NCBI GenBank assembly: GCA_047610025.1
Contig: JBLFZA010000002.1
Location: 1-50,699, forward strand
Direction: 5' to 3'
Length of the DNA: 50,699 bases
Source: Bradymonadia bacterium
Lineage (GTDB): Bacteria > Myxococcota_A > Bradymonadia > REDH01
Both the position numbers and the translations under genes were made by a program. This document shows, one piece after another, positions 10,127 through 19,340 of this stretch (position 1 is the stretch's first letter; each line of letters starts with the position of its first letter). The notes under the pieces are model-generated. The model worked only from the letters and a program-made list of their open reading frames with translations. It had not been told where the DNA came from and searched no databases.

Positions 10127-10723
10127 CTACGATGCGGGATCGCCCGATTTCGATTCATCGGCCAGCTCACTTCGCAGGACTTGCGGCGTCTCATTTTGGG
10201 GATACTTGCCGCGTTTGTCGGCGTAGAACGCACGAAAAACCTCCATATCCACAGCGAGGTCGCCCGTGAGCGTGATTTCAGCCCCGAACCCCGCGCGCTT
10301 GCCCTCGTAGTCGAGGAATCCTGGCACCACCGGGACGCCGGCGCCGAGCGCCATATGATAGAAGCCACTCTTCCAGTGATCTCGACGACTGCGCGTCCCT
10401 GAAGGCGGCACGATCAGCATCAGCCTGTCGGACTTCTCGAAGCGTTCGACGATTTGATCGACCAAGCTGTTGTTCTTGGAACGATCCACCGGAACGCCAC
10501 CGAGCCAACGCATCACTCGCCCGAATGGAGCGTTGAAGATCTCCCGTTTGCCGAGCCAGCGAAAGTCGATCTCGTACACCCACGCCGCCGCGATCATGTA
10601 GAGCAGATCCCAATTCGAGGTGTGCGGAGACGCGATCACGATGCACTTCGGCGACCGTGGCGTTTCACCCTCGGTGCGCCAGCCAGCGAGCTTGAAGTAG
10701 AGTTGGCCGAGCGCCTTTCGCAT
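10127..10723 (-). CDS. PlsC-like phospholipid/glycerol acyltransferase
   Basis: HxxxxD motif PHTSNWD; GGVPVDR; PSGTR; WKSGFYH. Confidence 0.9.
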   Translation of the reverse strand: MRKALGQLYFKLAGWRTEGETPRSPKCIVIASPHTSNWDLLYMIAAAWVYEIDFRWLGKREIFNAPFGRVMRWLGGVPVDRSKNNSLVDQIVERFEKSDRLMLIVPPSGTRSRRDHWKSGFYHMALGAGVPVVPGFLDYEGKRAGFGAEITLTGDLAVDMEVFRAFYADKRGKYPQNETPQVLRSELADESKSGDPAS

Positions 10724-10800
10724 TCGCAGACTCCAAAGCGATAAAACGGGTACGCCGGCAATCTACCGCGCTCAACGCTCGGCCACAACTCCGCGCTGCC

Positions 10801-11895
10801 CTAGGCGTTACCCTGCGCTTCGGCCTGCGCTTCGCTGATGCGAACGTACTCTTGCTGATACGTGAGCAAAGTGTCCTCGACGACACCGAGATTCTGAGCG
10901 TTCATGGTGTTGTCGAGCGACGACGCGATGCTGCGCATCTGAATATGAAGCTCGTAGAGTCGGTCGGAGATATCCGCCAGCATGCCGACATCGCGCGTCT
11001 TGCGATCCTGTCCTGCGAAGTTCGCGGCGTACAACTCGAACTCCTTGTTCGCAGACAGGCCAAGGGCATCGATGAGCTCGAAGACGCTCGCCCGGGAGCG
11101 CGCATCGTCCACCGCGTCCGCCTCTGTGCGGTAGGCGCCCAGACGGTCGCGCACGATGTTGAGATTGCCACTGTTCGTCTCAAGGGCCTCCCCGTCCGCG
11201 ATCGCGCGCTCCATCTGCTGCTCGATGATGGCGAGCTGAGAGTTGATCCGCGTCAGCAGCTGCGGCCGGCGCGACGTCCGCGCCTGGCCTGCAAAATTAC
11301 GCCGATAGTTCGTGAACTGGTCGTTGGCGGTATTGGCGAGCATGCCCGCCTTCTCCTCGTCGGAGAGCGTGCCCTTCGCCGCCACGATCGCCTCGTGCTC
11401 GCTGACGTAGGTCTCGATCGAGCGGTCGACAGTGCCGAGATGTTCTTCGGCGAGTGGGCCACCGGGCGTGCTGAGCAGACTGCGCAGCTCAGACGACACG
11501 GCGCGCAGCTCTTCGATGATCTCATCGAGCAGCGCAAGATCGCGGGTGGAACGGCCCTTGCCCGCGAAGTGACGTCGGTAGAGGCCGAACGCGAGGTTCG
11601 CTCGTGCGCCAAGTCGGGCGGCCGTCACCAGTGTCGGGCCCTGACCCTGTACTTCGACGATCTTCGCGCGTTCGCTTTTGTACAGGTCCACGCGCTCCTT
11701 CGCGGCCGTGACGACGACTCCGAAGCTCGCGCCCAGCTTGCTCGCCTCCACGCGCACCTTCTCCGCTTCCGCGGCAATCTGCTCGATCTCCGTAACGCTA
11801 CGAGTCGCTCGCGACTTCCCGGCGAAACGGAATGTGTAGCGGGCGTGCACCTCATCAAGGCGGCGCTGCAGAAGGGCAATCGTCGTATCGGTCAT
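10801..11895 (-). CDS. Hypothetical alpha-helical protein with four ~90-aa internal repeats
   Basis: The motif Y-x3-FAG-x2-R-x2-R occurs with FAG at aa 24, 110, 201 and 293; no signal peptide. Confidence 0.8.
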   Translation of the reverse strand: MTDTTIALLQRRLDEVHARYTFRFAGKSRATRSVTEIEQIAAEAEKVRVEASKLGASFGVVVTAAKERVDLYKSERAKIVEVQGQGPTLVTAARLGARANLAFGLYRRHFAGKGRSTRDLALLDEIIEELRAVSSELRSLLSTPGGPLAEEHLGTVDRSIETYVSEHEAIVAAKGTLSDEEKAGMLANTANDQFTNYRRNFAGQARTSRRPQLLTRINSQLAIIEQQMERAIADGEALETNSGNLNIVRDRLGAYRTEADAVDDARSRASVFELIDALGLSANKEFELYAANFAGQDRKTRDVGMLADISDRLYELHIQMRSIASSLDNTMNAQNLGVVEDTLLTYQQEYVRISEAQAEAQGNA

Positions 11896-12068
11896 CGTGC
11901 TCTGGGGCAGGCTAACGAGAATGGAGGGCGCAACCTACCCGCGTTTCTGCTCGGCGCAACTGCTGGGGCCAGTTTTGCGGCGGAGAAGTGGCGAGCTGTG
12001 GAGGCTCACTGGGAGACCCGGAGTGGCGCTGGGGTAGTCGGCGCGGGCTGCCTGGGGCTGGCTCGCAG

Positions 12069-13733
12069 CTAGGGCGCGATGAACAGCGTGCCCTGCTGGC
12101 CAGACGTCGCGTCGCTCTGAGGGCCAGTAGCCCCACGTCCGCCGCGAATGTCGATCGCTGCGATGTTCGACAAGGACACCGTCGCGCGGATCTTCACGCG
12201 GCCGCCGCCGCCGCCGCCGCCGCCGTTCCCGATGCATTGGTCGTTCGGTTCGTTGCCTGCGCCAACCGGGCGGTAAGTCGAGCCGGTACCGCCTCGCCCA
12301 CCGGCAACCCAAATCTGAGCAGAACGCGTGAGGCGTAGGCGCTCGCCGTCGAGCGCGATCCCTCCCCCTGAGCCGCCGGCAGCGCCATCGACGATTCCGA
12401 GTTCTGCACCGTCTCGCGCCGCTTCGCCATCTGCCCCGGTCGCGAAAATCCCACCATCGATGAGGATGTCTGGCGCGGACAATGAGATGCACCCGCCACC
12501 GCGACCGCCCGCGGACGCGAAGCCCACCAGGTCGTCGCACGCCGCCCCATCGAACCCTGGTTGCTCGATGGTGAAGCCACCGCCGCCGCTGCCCATGCGC
12601 ACTTCGAGGCCGTCTGGCTGCCCGTGCGTGGCGCCCCCAAGAAGCCCAGGCCCAGCGCCGCCGCGACCCCCGTAGCCGCCGCCTGCTGGCCCCGTGTTGC
12701 GCAAGCTCGGGCCAAATCCGGCTTCGACCCCGCGGCCTGCAGCGCAGTCCCCGGAGCCATTGGCGGTGATGCGGCTGCCAACCAACACTTCGATGATCCT
12801 GGCGGTGATGACCAAGCATCCCGGCCCATCTGGCGTGCACGCGTTCGTCGGCTCGCCATCGAAGGAATCCACCACAATCTCTCCACCATTGCGCACAATC
12901 ACGTGGTCGTAGAGCTGTTGACCAGACAATGAAATCGACTCGTCGTCCACGATCAGATCGGGTGGACAGACCTCGTCATTGAGTTCGTTGCAGTTGTTAT
13001 CGATGTCGTCGCAGACCTCGATCGCGCCAGGGTTGATGGCAGCGCTCGACTCGTCGCAATCGAGGCCTAGGCAATCCAAGCCAACGCCGTAGCCATCACC
13101 GTCAGGATCGAAGCAGCCGGCGCAGACGTCGAGCAGAGGCAGGCACTGCTGCACGCGTTCCCCTTCGGTCGTGCGCACGCTGTCGCAACTCAGCCCGTCC
13201 GGGCAGCCGCCCTCGCACCCGAGCACGCAGAATTGTCCATCCGTTAGGACTGCGCAGCGGTCGGCCAACCGACCGCACTGGTTACTATCTTCGCACTCCG
13301 TGCACACCACGGCCGGAAGCCGACACTCTTCAGAGCACGTGTCCGGTTGCAGTAACGGGTCACACTGTTCATCGCTATCCAGCACGCCGTCACCGCACCC
13401 CGCTGGCTCGCAATCTGTTCGGCACGCATCGGGCGCCTCATCCGAGTTCAGCTCGCCCTCGTCGCACCCCTCATCGACACCGACCACGCCGTCGCCGCAG
13501 ACCGATGGCGCAACGTCCATGACAGCATCGATCCCGATATCTACGGATGCGTCCGACTCCAAGGCATCCAGAACGTCAGCATCCTCCGCCAGCTCCGGCT
13601 CGCCAAAAAATCCCTCGCCGAGCCCACTTCTCGCACAGCCCGATGCGACGAATGACGCGCCGGATAAGAGGAGCGCGAACAGTCTCACCGTCCCCCAGAA
13701 GGAAGGCGATGAGGCGATTGAGTTTCGGGACAT
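12069..13733 (-). CDS. Cys-rich / Gly-rich surface lipoprotein (myxobacterial CGDG repeats, MopE-like metal-binding repeat, Gly-rich domain)
   Basis: Lipobox ASGC; two CGDGV repeats; DCDESSAAINPGAIEVCDDIDNNCN; GGGYGGRGG...GSGGG...GGGGGGR region. Start at ATG 13733 is uncertain. Confidence 0.8.
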   Translation of the reverse strand: MSRNSIASSPSFWGTVRLFALLLSGASFVASGCARSGLGEGFFGEPELAEDADVLDALESDASVDIGIDAVMDVAPSVCGDGVVGVDEGCDEGELNSDEAPDACRTDCEPAGCGDGVLDSDEQCDPLLQPDTCSEECRLPAVVCTECEDSNQCGRLADRCAVLTDGQFCVLGCEGGCPDGLSCDSVRTTEGERVQQCLPLLDVCAGCFDPDGDGYGVGLDCLGLDCDESSAAINPGAIEVCDDIDNNCNELNDEVCPPDLIVDDESISLSGQQLYDHVIVRNGGEIVVDSFDGEPTNACTPDGPGCLVITARIIEVLVGSRITANGSGDCAAGRGVEAGFGPSLRNTGPAGGGYGGRGGAGPGLLGGATHGQPDGLEVRMGSGGGGFTIEQPGFDGAACDDLVGFASAGGRGGGCISLSAPDILIDGGIFATGADGEAARDGAELGIVDGAAGGSGGGIALDGERLRLTRSAQIWVAGGRGGTGSTYRPVGAGNEPNDQCIGNGGGGGGGGRVKIRATVSLSNIAAIDIRGGRGATGPQSDATSGQQGTLFIAP

Positions 13734-13976
13734 CGAGAGTGAGGCGAGAGGTCGAGCGCGCTGTGAGCATAGCGAGTTCCCGCCTAGACGCAACGCACAC
13801 GCCTGTGGGCAGGCGTGTGCAGGGCGCGTTTCGACTAACCAGCTCCCGAGAGTGCGACATAGGATGCCAAGGCTGACCCCGCGCCGCTCGACAACCCTTG
13901 CACCGGCGGGACTTGGCCGTAGGCTAAGCCGCCATGGATAAACGCTCGACACGAGCCCGCCTCCCCGACGTTCCTC

Positions 13977-14960
13977 ATGACTCAGTCCCTGACACTCGAC
14001 AGCATGAGGCAAGCCCTCGGTACCGCTCTGATTCACTCGGCGCTCGGAGGCTTCGCGCGTGCGCAGTCGCTCCGTCCGAGGAATCGGCCTTCGAAGTGGG
14101 GCGTGGAGAGAATCCGCAGAGTTGAATATGGCGGCGCCGGACAACCAGCGCAAACGCTTGACGTCTATCGCCCTCTTGAGTCGGAGGGCCTGCTGCCCGT
14201 CGTGCTCTATGTGCACGGTGGCGGGTTCTCAATTCTCTCAAAAGAGTCCCATTTCCAGTTCGGACTGCGCTTCGCTCAGGCGGGCGCGTTGGTGTTCAAC
14301 ATCGACTATCGGCTAGCGCCCAAACACCCGTATCCTGCAGGGTTCGAGGATGTGTGCGCCGCATGGCTGTGGGTGCTCGACAACGCCGAGCGCTATGGTG
14401 GCGACCCGTCCAGAATCGTGCTCGCCGGCGAATCGGCAGGCGGCGGGCTGATCACCTCGCTCGCCCTGGCGACGTCGGCCTCGTTCGACAACGCGTGGGC
14501 GACGGAGGTCTTCCAGCGCGATGCTCAGCCGGTGGGCGTGATCCCGGCATGTCCGATGTCTCAGGTGAGCGAACCAGAGCGCTATGGCGCCCGCCGTCCG
14601 CTACCGACCTGGATCGCGGATCGTATTGACGTCATCGGCAAGCGCTACCTGCGAGATGCGGCGGAGCTCTCGTCGATCGACTTGGCCAACCCGCTCCTGT
14701 GGCTGGAGTCCAACGCGACCCTGGCCCGCGAGCTGCCGCCATTCATGATTCCGTGTGGCAGCCGAGACGCGATACGGAGTGACTCCGACGACCTACACGC
14801 AGCCCTTGTCGCGCGCGGGCAGCGAAGTTCACTGCATCTCTATGCTGGGGAACCCCACGCGTTCCACGCGTTCCCCGGTCGACCTCACACAGCGACCTGC
14901 TGGTCAGATATGCTCTCGTTTCTCCGAACGCACACGACCCTCGCTCAGCGCGCCGCATGA
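13977..14960 (+). CDS. Alpha/beta hydrolase, HSL-family esterase/lipase
   Basis: HGGGF oxyanion motif, DYRLAP, GESAGG nucleophile elbow, C-terminal HAF. Confidence 0.92.
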   Translation: MTQSLTLDSMRQALGTALIHSALGGFARAQSLRPRNRPSKWGVERIRRVEYGGAGQPAQTLDVYRPLESEGLLPVVLYVHGGGFSILSKESHFQFGLRFAQAGALVFNIDYRLAPKHPYPAGFEDVCAAWLWVLDNAERYGGDPSRIVLAGESAGGGLITSLALATSASFDNAWATEVFQRDAQPVGVIPACPMSQVSEPERYGARRPLPTWIADRIDVIGKRYLRDAAELSSIDLANPLLWLESNATLARELPPFMIPCGSRDAIRSDSDDLHAALVARGQRSSLHLYAGEPHAFHAFPGRPHTATCWSDMLSFLRTHTTLAQRAA

Positions 14961-15736
14961 AAATTGTCTCTTGGAACGTGAATGGTCTTCGCTCGGCGAC
15001 GCGAAAGGGGTTCGGCGACTGGCTCGCTACGACCGATGCGGACGTCGTGTGCCTACAAGAGGTACGGGCGCTGCCCGAGCAGCTGGACGAGGACATCCGT
15101 GCGCCGGAGGGCTGGCATGTGGAGTTCGTCGCCGCACAAAAAAAAGGCTACAGCGGCGTCGCTCTCTACTCGCGGGCGCCGATCGACCAGCACACCGCCG
15201 GACTCGGGGAGGAGCGCTTTGACAGCGAGGGGCGTTTGCAAACGGCCCAGATTGGCGAGTGGTGCGTGGTCAATGGGTACTTCCCCAACGGAAGCGGGAA
15301 GAACCGCGACCTGTCCCGCATTCCGTACAAGCTCGACTTCTACGATGCCGTGCGAAGCGCCGTTGAGGCGAAGCGTGCCGCGGGGGACAAGGTCGTCGTC
15401 GTTGGCGATTGGAACACCGCACACCGCGCCATTGACCTCGCGCGCCCGCAGGACAACCAGAAGACCAGTGGCTTCCGACCGGAAGAGCGCGCGTCGTTTG
15501 ACACGTGGTTCGACGAGGGCTGGCGGGACACCTTCCGTGCGCGTCACCCGCAGCGCGAAGGAGCGTATTCGTGGTGGAGCAACCGAGTCGGCGTTCGCGA
15601 GCGGAACGTCGGCTGGCGTATCGACTACATCGTCGCCGCACCAAGTGCCTTCGCCTTGCTCGATGATGCGGGTATTGATGCCTACGTGCTCGGCTCCGAC
15701 CACTGCCCTGTTTGGGCGTCGTTCCGCTCCTCGTAG
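14957..15736 (+). CDS. xth: Exodeoxyribonuclease III / AP endonuclease
   Basis: SWNVNGLR, LQE, GYSGVA, YFPNG, GDWN, GWRIDY, GSDHCP; ATGA overlap with the upstream gene. Confidence 0.95.
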   Translation: MKIVSWNVNGLRSATRKGFGDWLATTDADVVCLQEVRALPEQLDEDIRAPEGWHVEFVAAQKKGYSGVALYSRAPIDQHTAGLGEERFDSEGRLQTAQIGEWCVVNGYFPNGSGKNRDLSRIPYKLDFYDAVRSAVEAKRAAGDKVVVVGDWNTAHRAIDLARPQDNQKTSGFRPEERASFDTWFDEGWRDTFRARHPQREGAYSWWSNRVGVRERNVGWRIDYIVAAPSAFALLDDAGIDAYVLGSDHCPVWASFRSS

Positions 15737-15775
15737 TCCCCACGGCGCGCTGCGCCGGTCACCACGGCCCCCTCG

Positions 15776-17236
15776 ATGCCAGTCTCGTCCACCGGCGTGC
15801 TTCCTGATCCACTCAACTGCTCCGCCGTCGAGCTCGCCCGGCGAGTGCGAGATGGAGACACGACCAGCGCGGCGCTTGTGGAGGCGTTTATTGCTCGGAT
15901 CGAACATGTGAATCCGGCCATCAATGCGATGGTCGCAGACCGTTTCAGCGAGGCAAGAGAAGAGGCGGCGGAGGCCGATCGTGTACGCGCCAGCGCGAAG
16001 CCAGGCACGCTGGGACCTCTTCACGGAGTGCCGTGTTCGATCAAAGAGTGCTTCGCTCTCACCGGCATGCCGCAGTGCGCCGGGCTCGAGAGCCTCGCGC
16101 ACCGCCGCGCGACGACGGACGCCACGGCCGTGCGACGCCTTCGGCAGGCGGGAGCCATCCCCCTTGGCGTCACAAATCTGTCCGAGCTCTGCATGTGGAT
16201 GGAGTCGAATAATCGCGTGTACGGGCGCACGAACAACCCACACGCGCTGGACCGCATCGTCGGTGGCAGCTCCGGTGGTGAGGGCGCAATCGTCGCTGCG
16301 CGTGGGGCACCTTTTGGGCTCGGTTCGGACATTGGCGGCTCGATTCGACTGCCTGCCTTCTTCAACGGTGTCTTCGGCCACAAGCCTACCGGCGGGCTTG
16401 TGCCGTCTACCGGGCAGTTTCCGGCGTCATCAGGCACCGCGCTTCGCTATTTGTGCTCCGGCCCCATCAGCCACAGCGCAGACGACCTGATGCCGCTGCT
16501 CCGCATTCTCGCAGGCCCTGATGGCGAAGACCCGAGCGTCGAGAGCGTAGAGCTCGGCGACACAGACACTGTCAGCGTCGACGGCATGCGCGTGCTCAAC
16601 GTCCGCGGTAATGGGTTTCGCGGGGTCGCTCCGTCCCTCCGAGCAGCACAACAGGCAGCAGCTGACGCGCTCGCGGCTCGCGGTGCTGAGGTAATCGACC
16701 TCGAAGTGCCTGCCCTCAAGAAGAGCCTGATTTACTGGGCGACTCTTCTCGGCGATGCGGACCAAGAGTCCTTCCGTTCGATGTTAGAAAACGGCGAACC
16801 GAAGTCGATGACGATGGAGCTCTGCCGCTGGGCCGTTCGACGGTCTCCACACACGCTCCCCGCCATTTTGCTCGCAGCCATCGAGGGACCCGCAGCGAAA
16901 ATCTCTGGGGACGTCGACAAGATCCGTAGAGAGCTAGAGAATGTGAAGACTGAGCTCAGCGAGCGCATCGGAGACGGCGTCATGCTTTACCCATCGTATA
17001 CCCGACCAGCCCCGCGCCACGCCGTGCCGATGGCGCTGGCCGTCGACTGGGTTTACACCGCGGTCATTAACGTGCTCGAGATGCCGGCGACGCAGGTTCC
17101 GACGGGGCTGACCACTCGCGGACTTCCCACCGGCATTCAGGTTGTGGGTCGGCACTTCCAAGACCACCGCACGATCGCGGTCGCTTCTGCGCTTGAAGAG
17201 GCCCTCGGCGGCTCCCCGATTCCCACGGCCGTCTAG
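15776..17236 (+). CDS. Amidase-signature family enzyme (FAAH2-like)
   Basis: LHGVPCSIKE, GGSSGGEG, GSDIGGSIRLPA. Confidence 0.92.
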   Translation: MPVSSTGVLPDPLNCSAVELARRVRDGDTTSAALVEAFIARIEHVNPAINAMVADRFSEAREEAAEADRVRASAKPGTLGPLHGVPCSIKECFALTGMPQCAGLESLAHRRATTDATAVRRLRQAGAIPLGVTNLSELCMWMESNNRVYGRTNNPHALDRIVGGSSGGEGAIVAARGAPFGLGSDIGGSIRLPAFFNGVFGHKPTGGLVPSTGQFPASSGTALRYLCSGPISHSADDLMPLLRILAGPDGEDPSVESVELGDTDTVSVDGMRVLNVRGNGFRGVAPSLRAAQQAAADALAARGAEVIDLEVPALKKSLIYWATLLGDADQESFRSMLENGEPKSMTMELCRWAVRRSPHTLPAILLAAIEGPAAKISGDVDKIRRELENVKTELSERIGDGVMLYPSYTRPAPRHAVPMALAVDWVYTAVINVLEMPATQVPTGLTTRGLPTGIQVVGRHFQDHRTIAVASALEEALGGSPIPTAV

Positions 17237-17323
17237 TCCGCGCGCCGATTTGTGCGCCCGTCGCACGCCCAACCGCGTCGTGGTTCGCGCGGTCTTTCGC
17301 ACTGCCCCTCCAATGAGCGCATC

Positions 17324-17683
17324 ATGACGTTGACCGTTTTTCATCTTCCTACGTGCAGCACCTGCAAGAAGGCGCTGAAGTGGCTCGAGGCGAACGGCGT
17401 CAAGGCGACCTTGATCGATATACGGGAAGCGCCGCCAAGCGCCGAAATCCTCCGGTCGGTGCAAGAGCGCGCGGAGGTGGCCTCGCAGAAGCTGTTCAAC
17501 ACCTCCGGTCAGGTCTACCGGGGTGGCGGATGGAAGGAGCAGCTGCCGGAGTTGAGCGACGGAGAGCGTTTCGCCGCGCTCGCGAGCAATGGCATGCTCA
17601 TCAAGCGACCGCTCGCGCTGGGCGCGACACAGGCGGCGGTTGGCTTCAAGGAAGCGGAGTGGGCGGAGAAGTTCGGGATCTAG
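17324..17683 (+). CDS. ArsC/Spx/MgsR family protein
   Basis: CSTCKKA, FNTSGQVYR, MLIKRP, VGFKE. Confidence 0.88.
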   Translation: MTLTVFHLPTCSTCKKALKWLEANGVKATLIDIREAPPSAEILRSVQERAEVASQKLFNTSGQVYRGGGWKEQLPELSDGERFAALASNGMLIKRPLALGATQAAVGFKEAEWAEKFGI

Positions 17684-17732
17684 CGCGGGTCGGTTCAGCG
17701 ACCCGTTTCACGCCCCAAAAGACACCGGGCAA

Positions 17733-18374
17733 CTAGGGTGCCAGCCGCATCGTGCTCCACCCTCCGTCATTCAGCGAATAGCACAAGCGGTCGTGCAGTC
17801 TCGAAGGCCGACCCTGCCAGAACTCAACGCGGTCAGGAACCACGCGAAATCCGCCCCAGTGAGGGGGGCGGGTGATGGCTCGTCCATCGAACTCAGCCTT
17901 CACCGCTGCTTCGCGAAGCTCCAGCTCCTCGCGATCGCTGATCGGCTGGCTCTGAGGCGATGCGCACGCGCCAATCTGACTCGCTCGAGGACGCGACGCG
18001 AAGTACGCATCGGACTCCTCGCCAGAGATGCGCTCGATGCGACCCTCAATGCGCACCTGTCGCTCGAAGTCTCGCCAGTAGAAGGTCAGCGCGGCGAAGG
18101 GCGTCGCCTCTAACTCGGCGCCCTTCTCGCTCTGTCCATTGGTGTAGAAGACGAAGCCGCGCTCATCGACAGCTTTCAGCAACACGTAGCGCCCTCGCGG
18201 CCGGCCGGCCGCAACGGTAGACAGCACCATGGCGTTCGCCTCGAGCGGATCGCCAGTGAGTGCGTCTTCTAGCCACGTCGTGAACTGCACCACGGGGTCG
18301 TCCGGGAGTCGCGCCTCGTCTAGGGTGTCGCGATCGTAGGTCTTGCGGACGTCTGCAATTGGCTTGCTCATCAT
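17733..18374 (-). CDS. pdxH: Pyridoxamine 5'-phosphate oxidase
   Basis: RYVLLK, FYTN, RQVRIEG, YFASRP, EFWQGRPSRLHDR. Confidence 0.96.
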   Translation of the reverse strand: MMSKPIADVRKTYDRDTLDEARLPDDPVVQFTTWLEDALTGDPLEANAMVLSTVAAGRPRGRYVLLKAVDERGFVFYTNGQSEKGAELEATPFAALTFYWRDFERQVRIEGRIERISGEESDAYFASRPRASQIGACASPQSQPISDREELELREAAVKAEFDGRAITRPPHWGGFRVVPDRVEFWQGRPSRLHDRLCYSLNDGGWSTMRLAP

Positions 18375-19030
18375 GTCTCATCCATCGTTAGGGGACCCTC
18401 TGTAGGCGCGATCAGCCTAGCGGAGGGAACGCCGTCCGGGTACGTCGCTTCAAGAAGCATGAGCCGGTCGTTTCCGAAGAACATTTGGTCTTGCACGAAG
18501 AGCGTCGGGGCACCGAATACGCCCCTCGCGACCGCCTGCTCCGTCGCGGCGCGCAGGTGTAGTTTGACGACAGGTAGCGCGGCGCGCTCTAGCAACGCGT
18601 CAACATCGAGCGACGTCGTGGCAAGCGCAGCTCCTATGTCTTCGGCGTTAGAGATATCCTCCCCTTCATCCCAATGCCGTCGGAACAACGCGTGTGCGGC
18701 AGCGCGCAACGCGGCGTGGTCCCCCCGCTCTTGTAACGCCGAGAGCACGCGCATCGCGAGCAGCGAGTTCGCGGGGAACGACGACGGCATGTGGAAGGGG
18801 ACACCGTAAACCGCTGCCCACCGCGTGAGGTCCTGAATCAGGTGGCTTGCCTTGGCCGAAAGCGCGATAGGCGAGCGGTTCCCAGAGGCCTTGAACACAC
18901 CCTCGAGCAGCATCGGACGCCAAGTAGCGGCACAGCCTAGTCTCTCGCAGAGGTCCCCTATCTGGGTCGACGCGAGGTAGCTGTAGGGGCTGGCGACGTC
19001 GAAGTAGAACTCGACATTGGGGGTATCCAT
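18371..19030 (-). CDS. 2-hydroxychromene-2-carboxylate isomerase / GST-kappa (DsbA-like)
   Basis: FYFDVASPYSYL, GVFGAPT, FFGNDRL. Confidence 0.9.
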   Translation of the reverse strand: MDTPNVEFYFDVASPYSYLASTQIGDLCERLGCAATWRPMLLEGVFKASGNRSPIALSAKASHLIQDLTRWAAVYGVPFHMPSSFPANSLLAMRVLSALQERGDHAALRAAAHALFRRHWDEGEDISNAEDIGAALATTSLDVDALLERAALPVVKLHLRAATEQAVARGVFGAPTLFVQDQMFFGNDRLMLLEATYPDGVPSARLIAPTEGPLTMDET

Positions 19031-19340
19031 GGGGCTCCATTCGGGGGTACAGCGCCTATCTAGCGCGCTTCACGTGCGAGATGAAGCGACCAGCGGTATA
19101 GAGCGGGCGCTAACGACACTTGTGGTCGTGCGCCAGTGCCGGAACGTCACCGTTGGGCATTAGCGATGTCGATGCTGCGGCTCGCGACGCTCTCAGGAGC
19201 TTGTTGTCGGGACCGCTCGACCTATAACGACTGCGGCGGAGTTCCCAATGGTACACGCTGAATTGCGGATATCCTGCTGACGAATTGACCGACGCTTAGG
19301 GTCGAGAGTACAACGAATATCCCTCCACTCCACATCGACA

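Noticed and set aside
10852-12072. Long antisense or alternative-frame ORFs (also 3409-4314, 15053-16381, 46867-47949 and many others)
   Set aside because: These are shadow ORFs expected in high-GC DNA, lying opposite well-supported genes.
12200-12225. (GCC)n microsatellite
   Set aside because: It encodes a poly-Gly stretch in the Gly-rich domain.
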